Positions 1-11,200 of a stretch of DNA of 64,000 bases are shown here, piece after piece. The first letter of the stretch is position 1; the number at the start of each line of letters is the position of its first letter. The notes under the pieces are model-generated. The model did no database searches and was not told the origin of the DNA. It was given only the letters and a program-made list of their open reading frames with translations. The stretch comes from Paraphysomonas bandaiensis (lineage: Eukaryota > Protista > Chrysophyceae). The stretch is from NCBI GenBank assembly GCA_965644295.1, contig CBFFRP010000133.1, positions 186,001 to 250,000 on the forward strand. The letters run 5' to 3'. The position numbers and the translations under genes were made by a program.

Positions 1-497
1 GTGTTATCATATTCTATGCGTGTTCAAAAAATTCATGTTTTTTATGGGACAATATTTTCTGAATAGAAGGAATATTTTTTTCAATCTTGTTTCGTTAGCA
101 CACACAAACACGAACGACGCGAATGGATTCAGGGTGCATTATGGATATTGCATTATTATAGGTTGATAAAAAGGTAGCTGGTAGTATTTTCCCAACCAGA
201 GATCTGGTGTTGGCCGAGGCCTCGGCTTTGAATTCATATAATAGCAACTTTTAATAATTGATGACAACATATATTATTCTTTTATCTCCTATCTATGAGC
301 TACCAAAAATTCGACCATAAGATCATAAGAGTTTTTTAAATTCAATGAGTTAGATTGTGAAATCGCAAAAGATGAATGTCAATAAAAAGTCAAGAACGGT
401 GATCATTACTGACGAAAGACTAAATTCTACGCTAGGATATCAGCTGGATGACATACCAGCGTAACTTGAGTTTTTGCTATTTGGTATTTGGCACTTG

Positions 498-603
498 CTC
501 AAGGAATCTCGTCGCTTGCAGCTCATCATCTCTCTTCCCAGGGAACGAAGTTTTAAATGCAGGGTCCTCAGGAGTTTTATCTGAAAGATGTCCTCCTGCA
601 GAC
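498..603 (-). repeat. Inverted duplicate of two Copia segments (961-1015 and 773-811)
   Basis: 498-552 is the near-exact reverse complement of 961-1015, and 562-603 of 773-811. ORFs 448+ and 901- share the peptide SRNLV(A/T)CSSSSLFPGNEVL. Confidence 0.9.
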
Positions 604-2492
604 ACCTTATGCTTCGTGCATTCGGATACGGACTTCAGCTGTGTGAAACTCCAAAGTTAGTGCTCTTGGATTACAATGGAATTGTACGGGAAGCTAGGTA
701 TTCAGACAATGGAATGCCTTACGTTGAACTAAAGGACTTACTAAAATTACCGGACCTGACGAAGCATAAGGAGTCTGCAGGACATCTTTCAGGTAAGACT
801 CCTGAGGACCCATTGGAACTACTCCATAAGCGCTGTGGTCATGTTAGTACACACAAACTCCTAGATTTTTTCAAACACGGGTTATTTACGGGAAGTGGTC
901 TTACCAGAGCAAGAAGTCTAAAGGTGTCTGCAATTCTTGTGCTGAGTCCAAGATTACAAGAACTTCGTTCCCTGGGAAGAGAGATGATGAACTGCAAGTG
1001 ACGAGATTTCTTGAGAAAGTGTCTATTGATATTGGAGTATATGTTAACTGTCCGTCTCTCCAGGGATGTCGATATGTACTCATGCTGTCAGATGTGGCCA
1101 CCAAGGGACTTTAGGAATATCCTCTTAGAACCCGGGCAGCTTCTGAAATTGAAGAGTAGGTTGAGTCCATACTCCCCACGCATCCCGGTGAGCATAGACT
1201 TCCAGTATCATTCGGACTGGGGTGCGGAGCTGATGATGGCTTCTTATACCACGAGGGTCGTGGTTCGCAAAGTTCTGATCGTGGCATATAGAGCCTTAGA
1301 ATCTACTGGTCGAGAGCAGCTAGAGCTCCGTTACATATTGCTGATATGGTGTCTCTACCAATATCTTTCAACGCAGGTGGCACGAAAATCCTGCGAGCAG
1401 TGACGATGGGTGACATATTCTTTTACATTGGTGCAGGTTTTTAACGCCTATTGCTATATGATAAGACTTTCAATATGAGGAGCGATCGATGCTGACTGGG
1501 GGTGGGACCACAAAACAGTCAACGGAAGATGCCTCATCGGGGAGTGAGACCCCATGTGCCTTGCCCAAGAGTAGCGTTAGCACTGCGTCTAGAGAGACTA
1601 GTGTGTGTCCCTAGCTGTAACACTGCGAACCGGGCTGCGTTAGGCAAGAGGGTACACACCCAAAGAGTAATTACTAATGTGTCCACTCTGGGTGATATCA
1701 ACCTCGTATATGTGGGGAAGATGCCGTTAACATGTGCAAAAGGCAAATCTTCTGACCCTTCTGATTACTGGGAGCCTGAGCCTCTTCCGTGTAGTGAGGC
1801 AACCGAATGGAATGAGGCTCAAAGGGCAGAAAGGGATGTGCTATTTCAGCTGAAGGTTTTTGATGTCGTTGAAATGCAACCTAGTGGCCGTGCCCTCTAA
1901 TCCCGCTATGTCGACAAACAAAAGTAAAATAAGGACGGTTCGATTAAAAAATAAAAAGCACGGCACGTTGCACTTGGCTATGGACAGCAGACAGACATGC
2001 TGTTTCAAGCTGCAGAACTCCTTGTATGGTCTTAACAAATGTACTGTGTTCCTTGGACCTGCAACCGAATATGCTTCTAAGCCTACTCAGGCTACATGTT
2101 GTCTAATGCTGTTTTACCTGGTTATAGCCAGGACACACGTAAGAAGGGCAGTCGTTTCAGGGGAAACAACTCTGACATTCACATCTTTACAAACGCGGAT
2201 TGGGAGGGAGATGCTGCAACAAGACGATCCACAACTGGATATATTGTGTTTGCTCTGGTGGACAACTCACCTGGCAGTCCATATTACAAGTCACTTAGCT
2301 GCATTGAATCCAGTATTTCACAAACGGTCCAAACACATTGAACTAAAATAAAATAACATGTTCATTCAGAAGGACCATTCAATACTGCTATATTGTATCA
2401 TGTTGGAACTGATGACCAAACTGCCGATATATTACTAAATCTCTGTGGCGTGACTTATGAGAAGCCCAGGAAGAGATGCCTAAGAGAGGAAG
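588..2492 (+). mobile_element. Decayed, internally deleted Ty1/Copia LTR retrotransposon (pol remnants)
   Basis: Motifs occur in Copia order across broken frames: GAG-pre-integrase LELLHKRCGHVS (ORF 588), RT WNEAQRAERDVLFQLKVFDVV and KLQNSLYGL, RNase H IFTNADWEGDAATRRSTTGYIVF, NPVFHKRSKHIELK and GTDDQTADIL. A purine tract AAGAGAGGAAG at about 2482-2492 resembles a PPT. Confidence 0.9.
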
Positions 2493-2519
2493 TATACAGT
2501 TGTGGTTTACTGTATTATG

Positions 2520-3390
2520 AGAATTAATATCATGACGATATAGTTATATTTAACCACGGGCAATAAGGAGGCTATATCGTCCCGCGCTCAAATTTTGAAA
2601 CGAGGGCGAAAAGCCCGAGTTTTAAAATTTAGACAAGGGACGATACTCCTTATCCCTAGGTTAAATTGTAGCTTATTCTCATGACGTTGAAAAGTTAATA
2701 TTAGATTGTATAGCTATTTGTAGCATGCTTGCTGTATTAAGAAATAGATTTTCCTTGATTAACATTAATAACACAAATGAGAACTCTTATAGTTTTAAAT
2801 CAATGATATGTATACTGTAAGTGTGATGATAAACAGTTGAAGGTGAAAGAGAGGATTCTTATTGCCTTAATTAGCATCATCACCACATTTATATACAGCA
2901 GGCTTTACCTCTGCAAGTGCACCTGATCGAAAGATGTGTGTATGATATGAGACACACAATATCCTGAAAAGCACGATATGGCTCCAACCCTGAAAGAACT
3001 GGGTGCCAGTGCTCCTAACCACCTCTATATAGCATCAGATATGGTACTTAAACTCTCCTGTAATATTCTTGAAGTTGTTTCAAAGTCCTGGATATGAAGA
3101 CAGATCACTTGCACTGACATCGTTGTGATCTTATACAGCAGTCGAAAGATGGAAATAACTTGGAGTTGATGATCTGCTCTTGATATTTGGCTCATGATTG
3201 TTGTTTTTCTATAATTGTGTACTATAATGAAATCACGTACATATGGCTGTCATTATCATAATAAAGATAGAAGTGAGCTTCTGTTGAACCGAATATTGAA
3301 GTTGAATGTCTATATTTGCCCGGTGCTGATATGAGCGCTCTGTTGAGCCCATATCAGGTAAAAAGTAATTAAGTTATTATAAATAAGCTA
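2520..3390 (-). mobile_element. Hairpin-ended repeat element, copy A (possible decayed Crypton-type tyrosine-recombinase transposon)
   Basis: There is a ~120-bp imperfect palindrome at 2548-2666 centred on GGGC-GAAAA-GCCC and a second hairpin at 3327-3356. About 2600-3095 is homologous in reverse orientation to about 34650-35100. Minus-strand remnants SSFRVGAIS and IFRSG..AVY resemble YR catalytic boxes. Confidence 0.55.
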
Positions 3391-3807
3391 TGAAGTTAAA
3401 TTGGCAAAGAGAGAGAATTACAACCTAACAGGTTGTAATTGGAAACTCTCGAAGAGAGAGGCCCTCTTGGGGGTTTGGGGGTAAAAAGGGCTTGCCTCTC
3501 TACCGCCTCCCTGTTTTATGACAAAATGGGGATAAGTATATAGTAGTGAAACGGAATGTAGCGACCATGCAAGCTAGTGACGACGTAAACTCGTACGAGA
3601 AATGAGTGGCAGTAGAGATAACATGAAATTGGTGAACATTAAGAGGTGTTGATTATTATTATTTATAGTTCTCAGCTTTGAGTATAAGTTTACCTTCAGT
3701 TGTTAAGTTCAGTCAACTCGTACGTCGTCAAACTTTGATAAGTATGATATACAGGGGTTGCGTTTTAGTTAATTGATTTTCTTTAATAGCAATTCATTGC
3801 TAATTAT

Positions 3808-4309
3808 TGAAATTATAAAAATTGCAGTTGGGTCAGCAAATCTTAAAAACTACATATACATAGTTAAAGGTTGAATTTTAGTATAGCACAATTAACATGT
3901 ATTCAAATATTCAAATGCGTTACTTGTAAAACTGCGCGACAGGTTATGCAATTTTTGGCACGCGGTTGTGAAAAACAGTCATTTTAGTGCCTTTAATCGA
4001 CATCACAAGTGATCTCTTTCGTCCATAGGGTAGAAAAGAGCTCTTTTCATCCCGCGAATGACAATATGCGGGAACATAAAAGGTGTCGTTATCACATTTC
4101 AACGACTTGGTGCCAAGAGTAAAGCCTTTTTTCGAAGAGTTCCGTATAAGGCGCCTCTCGCTCTGCTTTATTTTTCACTACCTTATGCCAAAAAGTAGTG
4201 TTTTTACCTCCGGCTACAACAAGTCGTTTTTCTTCATCCCGACAGTTGCCCTCGGTAAAAAATTACTGTACTGAAATTGAAAAACTGCAGTTGGGACAGC
4301 AAATCATAA
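3808..4309. repeat. ~38-bp imperfect direct repeat (3808-3846 / 4272-4309), probably a non-autonomous TE relic
   Basis: TGAAATTATAAAAATTGCAGTTGGGTCAGCAAATCTTAA vs TGAAATTGAAAAACTGCAGTTGGGACAGCAAATCATAA. Confidence 0.6.
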
Positions 4310-4567
4310 TTTCAACTTTAATTGACTCCAGCTTGCTTCAATTAATAGATGAAACTTCCCATCATATTGACACTGGCAAGTAGCTATAAAACAGCATTTT
4401 CTGTTAAAATCCAATTTTTATGATAAAAACTCGAAGATTGGTAGAAGGCAATAATATTTATCTTACACTAGCAAGTGCTTCACTGAATTCCTGATTCTGG
4501 GGGGTAGCAAGCCATCGTCTTGTACCGCATTGCTCTATCACTAACTTTCGGATTCCTTAGGAGGGGC

Positions 4568-4611
4568 ATTCTAACGAAAGAATGGACGTATTCTAACGAA
4601 AGAATGGACGT
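4568..4611. repeat. Exact 22-bp tandem duplication
   Basis: ATTCTAACGAAAGAATGGACGT occurs twice in tandem. Confidence 0.95.
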
Positions 4612-5653
4612 TAACTTGTAGGAAGATTCTATGGCTTAGATATCAGTAGTCTCAGCATATATGTCCACTTCGCATACGGAACATAACCGACAAAGCGAAA
4701 ATGCTCAATAGGATTAGCCCTCTGAGTATAATGCCGGCCTCAAAACTAATACTCACAATCGTAGAAATGAAGACCAGCCATACCTCGCCAATATCGCAGT
4801 TACTGGAAACATACGATTATCTAATACAATTCATGGTAAATACAGATACTTTAAATAAACAATTTCTTAAGTACATCCAATTCCAACACCCAGTCGATGG
4901 AAAGTAATAGTATAGAAAACGAATGGTATTTATAAGAACTTTCATTCTTACAAGACCTTAAAGTAGAAGTTGCTGCCCATCACAAAACACTCCTGCTTCC
5001 AAACATCATCAACTTAAATAGTCAATATGATATCAAACCTTGAAGAGTTTTAAATATAAGGAAGTACATACGTAAAAGCACTAAATCGTTGTGCAGTATA
5101 CTTACTCATTCGACGCCAAAGTATGAGTCTTTTCCCTGCTTCACATCACTCTATGTCAGTAGGAAGTAGGAAGCCTAGATTATCGCATGTGGCAATGACA
5201 GACGCCATATAAAGCCAAGACTCGCAATTATAAAGGGCATGATGGTATTGCAGCACAGCACAGCACAGCACAGCAATCATAAGGCAGGAAGTTATTCGAT
5301 GCGATCTCAGAGGAAGTTGAAGAGCGTGTGTTTCTGGTGTTGTAGATATTCAGCGTATTTCCAACTACAAAGTATATTTTTTATGTACTACAAACTGAAA
5401 ACTATTCCTGAGGACGAGTCTCTTCAAGATCCATGTTCTTGCACTTGCACGCCTGCTATGTGCCACATGTACTGAGATATACACCATTGTAGATCTGGTC
5501 AGAACAAAAGATCGTAGTGCGAGTACAGCAGTATGTATGTATGTGTCGGGATTGGATACATATACACCCCACAAGAACACTGCACATCACGGCACAAGTT
5601 TATACTATAGACATTATACAACCCCCTCCTTTAAAGCGAACTTTTTTCCAACA

Positions 5654-6929
5654 ATGAGCCTCGGACCTTTTGCAGCTGAATTAATTGAGACCGCGAGGAG
5701 CATAGCGGCTCCTGGTAAAGGGAGTAAGTATCTGCTGCTCTGCGCTGTGGTCCCTTCACTCACTCTCTATAGTTCTTGCCGCTGATGAGTCCACTGGAAC
5801 TATTGGCAAGCGATTCGATGCCATCAATGTTGAGAACTGTGAGCCCAATAGACGCAAGTACAGACAGCTCCTCTTCACGACTGCCGGTACATATACACAT
5901 GTCGCTCTACACATATCTCTGAATAGATAGCCTGTACACATATTCCTATATGTACCCTATACATTCAGATAACTGGCCAATGTACAGGTCTTGAGGAGCA
6001 CATATCCGGCGTGATTCTGTATGAGGAGACATTGTATCAGAGCACTGATGACGGAACTCCATTTGTTGATGTTTTGAAGTCGAAGGGCATTATCCCTGGC
6101 ATCAAAGTTGATAAGGGGATTAAACCTTTAGCTGGTAGCTTTCTTGTGTACTAATTAATATTTGTAATGTTAGAATATAGGCACAAATGGTGAGTGCGTA
6201 ACCCAAGGTATGGACGATTTGGATACCAGATGTGCGAAATACTATGCACAAGGTGCTCGTTTCGCCAAATGGAGGGCAGTATTGCACATTAAAGACACAA
6301 TTGGCGCCACTCCCTCCCAGGTAGCGATTGATGAAAACGCCAATACTCTTGCGCGCTATGCTTCCATTTGCCAGCAGAATGGGCTGGTTCCGATTGTTGA
6401 ACCTGAGGTGTTGATGGACGGTGACTTCGATATTAGTGTAGCCGCCGCATGTACTGAGCGTGTAATTGCCGCTTGCTACAAAGCTCTCTCTGATCATCAC
6501 GTCATGCTCGAGGGCACCCTACTGAAACCCAACATGGTCCGGTCCGGTTCTGATGCCGCGACCCAAGCCACAGCTGATGAAATTGCTCTGGCAACAGTGC
6601 GTGTGCTGCAGCACACTGTCCCTTGCGCCGTTCCTGGTATCACTTTCCTTTCAGGAGGCATGTCTGAGGAGGATGCCTCCCTTGCACTCAATGCCATCAA
6701 CCATGCTCCCGGTCCCAGACCTTGGTCTCTGACCTTTTCCTACGGCAGGGCCCTGCAGCAGTCTTGCCTCAGAGCTTGGAAAGGTGTGGACGAAAATGTT
6801 CCTGCCGCTCAAGAAGTACTCAAGGCCCGTGCAAGAGCCAACGGCCTGGCAAATCTTGGGCAGTATACTGGTGGGGTAGGAGGCGAAGGTGCAAATACCT
6901 CTACTTTTGTCAAGAACTATACGTACTAA
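5654..6929 (+). CDS. FBA: Fructose-bisphosphate aldolase, class I (4 exons)
   Basis: [23 protein letters not shown]|[10 protein letters not shown] is joined by a GT-AG intron. It contains [20 protein letters not shown], the Schiff-base [15 protein letters not shown] and a C-terminal Tyr. No transit peptide, so probably cytosolic. Confidence 0.97.
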
Positions 6930-7159
6930 GCGCATTAGACTGTTGGTTTGGCACTGTCATGCTACTGCTCCCGTGAATGCCGTAAATAAGCACCCTAATT
7001 ACTTTTAAATTGCTTGGCTCTTGTCGTTTTCTAATGATTGCTGATACATTTGTAGATGTGGCATTACCTGTGTGAAAACGCGCTACCAGTTGACAGTGTT
7101 GTAGGCTTGGTGATCATGTGATCGTAAAACTGGAATATATGCATAGTGATGTAACTATA

Positions 7160-7240
7160 TTGCAACAGTATTGTTGGTCTAGTTAAAAAAGTATTGCAGT
7201 ATTATTATTGATGAGAAACTAGCCAACAATACTATTGCAA
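7160..7240. repeat. Short hairpin (~24-bp arms)
   Basis: TTGCAACAGTATTGTTGGTCTAGT (7160-7183) pairs with ACTAGCCAACAATACTATTGCAA (7218-7240). Confidence 0.85.
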
Positions 7241-8007
7241 GTAGTGAATGACGAATTATTTGATTATTATTATATGCGTGTAAGAGTCAAAACTAATGTA
7301 GCAAAACAATTTAACTAACTACTGCTTACCTCTGATATCCTACTATTTAGCACTACGAAAATTGCTTGTGCGTCACCGCAAGCACTAAGGTACAACCACT
7401 TTTGCTAGTTCACTCAAAGCAAGCACAGTGAGAAATGAGAAAACATATAGTGTTGATATACCTGACATGTGCTGACTTCAGGAATTTTGAGTCCTTAGGT
7501 AGGAAATGTGAGAGCTGCCCACGGACGTGTACCCTCAACTAAGTCGGACTTGCACCTTTCCATGGTGTTCTTGGGGACAAGTACTGGAGATATAACGTGA
7601 GCCGCATATATAGCAGATAATTTTCTGCTCACTCATAGCCGAATGCTTGTATGGTACAAGGAACGTTAATATATGTGTCTTGCGTAGACGTCTTTGGGTC
7701 CCGACGAATAAACACGCACCCGGGAGTGGGCCACTCAAGGGCGTCCGGGTATTGGGCTGCCTGATGTAGAAGTCAAGCAATGGGCCCACCTTAAGGACTC
7801 AAAAATCCTGAAGTTAGCAGGTGTCAGGTATATCAACGTTTTGTTTGCTCACTGCATTGGCTTTGAGTGATAAAGTGAAAGTAGTTGCACCTTTGTGCTT
7901 GCGGTGACGCACAAGAAGATATCAGAATTAAGCACTAGTTAGTTAAATTGTTTTGTTACATTAGTTCTGACTCTTACACTATTGCTAATAATTAGACATT
8001 CACTACT
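7240..8007. mobile_element. Foldback/MITE-like element with 220-260-bp imperfect inverted arms
   Basis: Arm 7240-~7503 is the reverse complement of ~7785-8007. Examples: AGTAGTGAATG/CATTCACTACT, CTTGTGCGTCACCGCAAGCAC/GTGCTTGCGGTGACGCACAAG, GTTGATATACCTGACA/TGTCAGGTATATCAAC. Confidence 0.8.
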
Positions 8008-8160
8008 ACGGACGTGTAGCCCTTCAGTGTCAAGAGGTGTGTTCTAAAATCTAACCAACATGGAATCATGTAAAACGAGAATTTCACAGAGACCTTACCA
8101 CTTCAGACCTATGCCACAATCCGCAATCACACAGAAGTTGCAACCAGAGATTAAGAGTTG

Positions 8161-8183
8161 TAACCCTAACCCTAATCGAATAG
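8161..8183. repeat. Interstitial telomeric (CCCTAA)n motif plus TCGAATAG tag, copy 1
   Basis: TAACCCTAACCCTAATCGAATAG is the exact reverse complement of 49589-49611. Confidence 0.9.
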
Positions 8184-8249
8184 TTTAACACAAATTATTA
8201 CCTACTAAAAACGACGTATAATAGAAGCCAGAAAACTTGCTCCAATTCA

Positions 8250-11200
8250 CTATATCATTATGCTCCCTAAAACAATTTCCGTTGTTCTATTCACCACATC
8301 GTGCATTTCATTTAATGTACTACAAGACTCTACAATAAATATTACGGTCCGATCTCCCAACCTGCGCGCAAGAACCCAAACACCACCTCTTTGGACAGAG
8401 GACACGCGAAGACATGCTTCACGCAGACAACCCGGAGGGGCGCCACTCCCTAAAATATAAGGTTCAGAATAAGGAAAGGAAGTACAAATCCTAATATCAC
8501 TTCAAGTGTACGTAACACAATGTGAAAATGCGAATGCCAGTGGGAAGAACAATGCATAGAATCTACCAATACTCGCAACAGATCGAACCTGTTACGACTG
8601 ACATAATGTCATTAATAGCAGCTACAACCTTCGCGGATAAACACCCTGCAAATGAAAATTTAATATTGCCATGAAAAAAAGTGTACTTCCAAGTATAACG
8701 CACCAGTGACTTGTCCAGCAGCCAAAGGGAATCGCATTCTGCTATGAAATAACTGGGGGAAAATTGTTTGCACAGTTGGGGACAGTGGGGTGGGCCAGGC
8801 ATACTGAGGAGAATGTGTACTTCTGTACACATTAGCCGCCTACAGTTATAAATATTAACTATACTGTCATCATATGTTGTCGAATCGTGAATATCAATTC
8901 CAGACACTCCCAAAAATACTTGTCCATGCTACTACCTTAAACGCCACGTTGCAGTCGTTAGAGTAAATAAACCTGAGGTAAAAGAACCAATGTCATACAT
9001 TTTTCCATATACAAAGCAACATGAGTAGAGATGTAAACTAAATGTATATCATTGTACCACCATTTAAATATCGCAAATGAAAAACCCAATACACTATCGA
9101 CCTGATACAGGGTGATATATTCACAAATACTACATCAACGAGAAATGAACCCTCTCATATAACAATCCAATTATTTACTCACCCAATTCCTTCAGGAACA
9201 TCAGTTGAAGGATAGCTGCGGTGCTTCTGAATGTATGACGACGATGATGTACTTCGAGACAAGCGGCTCTTCACTCCAACTATAAACATCGTACGTTCAT
9301 AATGTACATTACGCAATTGCACATATTGTATATAGGCAACAGAACACTTCATGCTTAGAAGGACAGTAAATATACCTTTTTCGGGAATTGGCATATTGAT
9401 AGCAGCAGTAATACTCTTTTGAAGAGCCACACACATATTTGTCAATCTACAGTGCGGCAATTCGTCGCTAGAATTTAAACCATAACGTCTACTAGAAATC
9501 TCATGGCTAGTTGGCTCATAAGGAAATTCTCCCTCCCAGTTCGGAAACAATACCAGTACCAGAAAGCTATACAAAAGAAACAGTTCGCAATATTCTAGTT
9601 AAACGATAATGACGGGAAATACATCTACAAATTTCAAAACTATGTAGGGTGAATGCAGATGACAATGCTTAAAGAAGCAACAATACCTAGCCTCTCGGTA
9701 GACGAGCGCTCTGCCCGCACACACAAAACTTGATGCATCGTCGTCCATAACATCGGGGTCTGCACAAACACAAGCAGTTAATCTATGAAGATACAGAGCA
9801 ATTGAACCACCTGGATTTACACCATCAAGACAACATCCATTAGAAGTAACAAACAGTGGCGACAATGCGCCAGCCACACCTCTACTGTTGTCATTATTGC
9901 TACAGCAGTCGCTTTCCGTATTGCCAGGAACATGGACGCGAGGACACCATATATTCCTTTCGCCACTGCACATGTATGATAGTACTAATATTGCAGAACA
10001 TAGTAAGCACAATTAGAATTCATATCAAGGCATATATATCTCACTCTCTACTGACACTACACACATCGATTATTCGTCGAATATACAACATACTACTTTC
10101 AGATACAACCGAAAATATATAAAATTTCACACATAATTATTGTAGCTAAATATATATATTTCACCTACGCGTATACAGTAGAAGTCGTAAAAGTGCAATG
10201 TATAGAAATGTCTGATTTTACCTTCACTGCAAGTGGAGCTGCATATAAAAGGCTTCGAATCAAGTTCATCGGCATTGAAAAAGACACTGTCATCTTCATT
10301 GTCATCTAGTATGTCTACAGTCCCCCAGTCCACAGAAACAAAGCCACGCCTTTCGCGGAATTTCTTAGTGATGCTCTGAGCACATGTAAACTAATTCAGA
10401 TGTTTATGTAACCCTAAGCATACATAGAGCTTACAGTCAATTCGATTCTAACACTCACATCTACATGGGCCTGTTTTTTCTTCTGCATATCGCTATTGTT
10501 ATCGGAGGCTCTACGCCTTACACTTGGGAAAGTCCTGTGTATGCAGACATCAATATTCAAACGTGTAAACAAAACCAGGATGAAAGTGATACTGCTTCCA
10601 CAAATGCAACAACTTATATAGCAAAAACGATATCATCTACACTCTTCTGAATTGCGATTTTGTCAAACCTTGATTTTTTTTGCTTTGTATCATCAACTGT
10701 AGGAGAATTGGAGACAGATTTCGTGGGCGGACTTTCACTACGCGCAGTTGCCACCTAAAAAATATATCATATTAAGAGAAGAATAAGTGCATAGCACTCA
10801 AAACCTCGCAATCTCCAATAGTTCTCGATCTGGGAATTAAATCTGCCCCATTGCTAGGTGAGAACAATAGTTCTGATATTTGCGATGCCATATCACGAGT
10901 GGCAGCATGCTCCTAAATCAAAAGCATTTTAAGGATTCTGCCTTATACTATACAATCAGCAATAACGTTATCAACACCATAACCGTGTATATACTACAGC
11001 GCAATATCAGTCTATAAGTTAACACAAATAATCGGAAAAGGCCAACACACAGCACCGATCACATCACAGATGAACAGTCATATATTTAATGATAGTTATC
11101 GATATAAAACTTCAAACTGAAAGTATATATCACAAGAGTACCTGCAACTTGATGAACTCATACAAACACAGCATGTCGCAGTCCATAAGATCATTCCACA

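Noticed and set aside
4620-5230. Possible decayed coding sequence upstream of aldolase
   Set aside because: No motif was recognisable in any frame.
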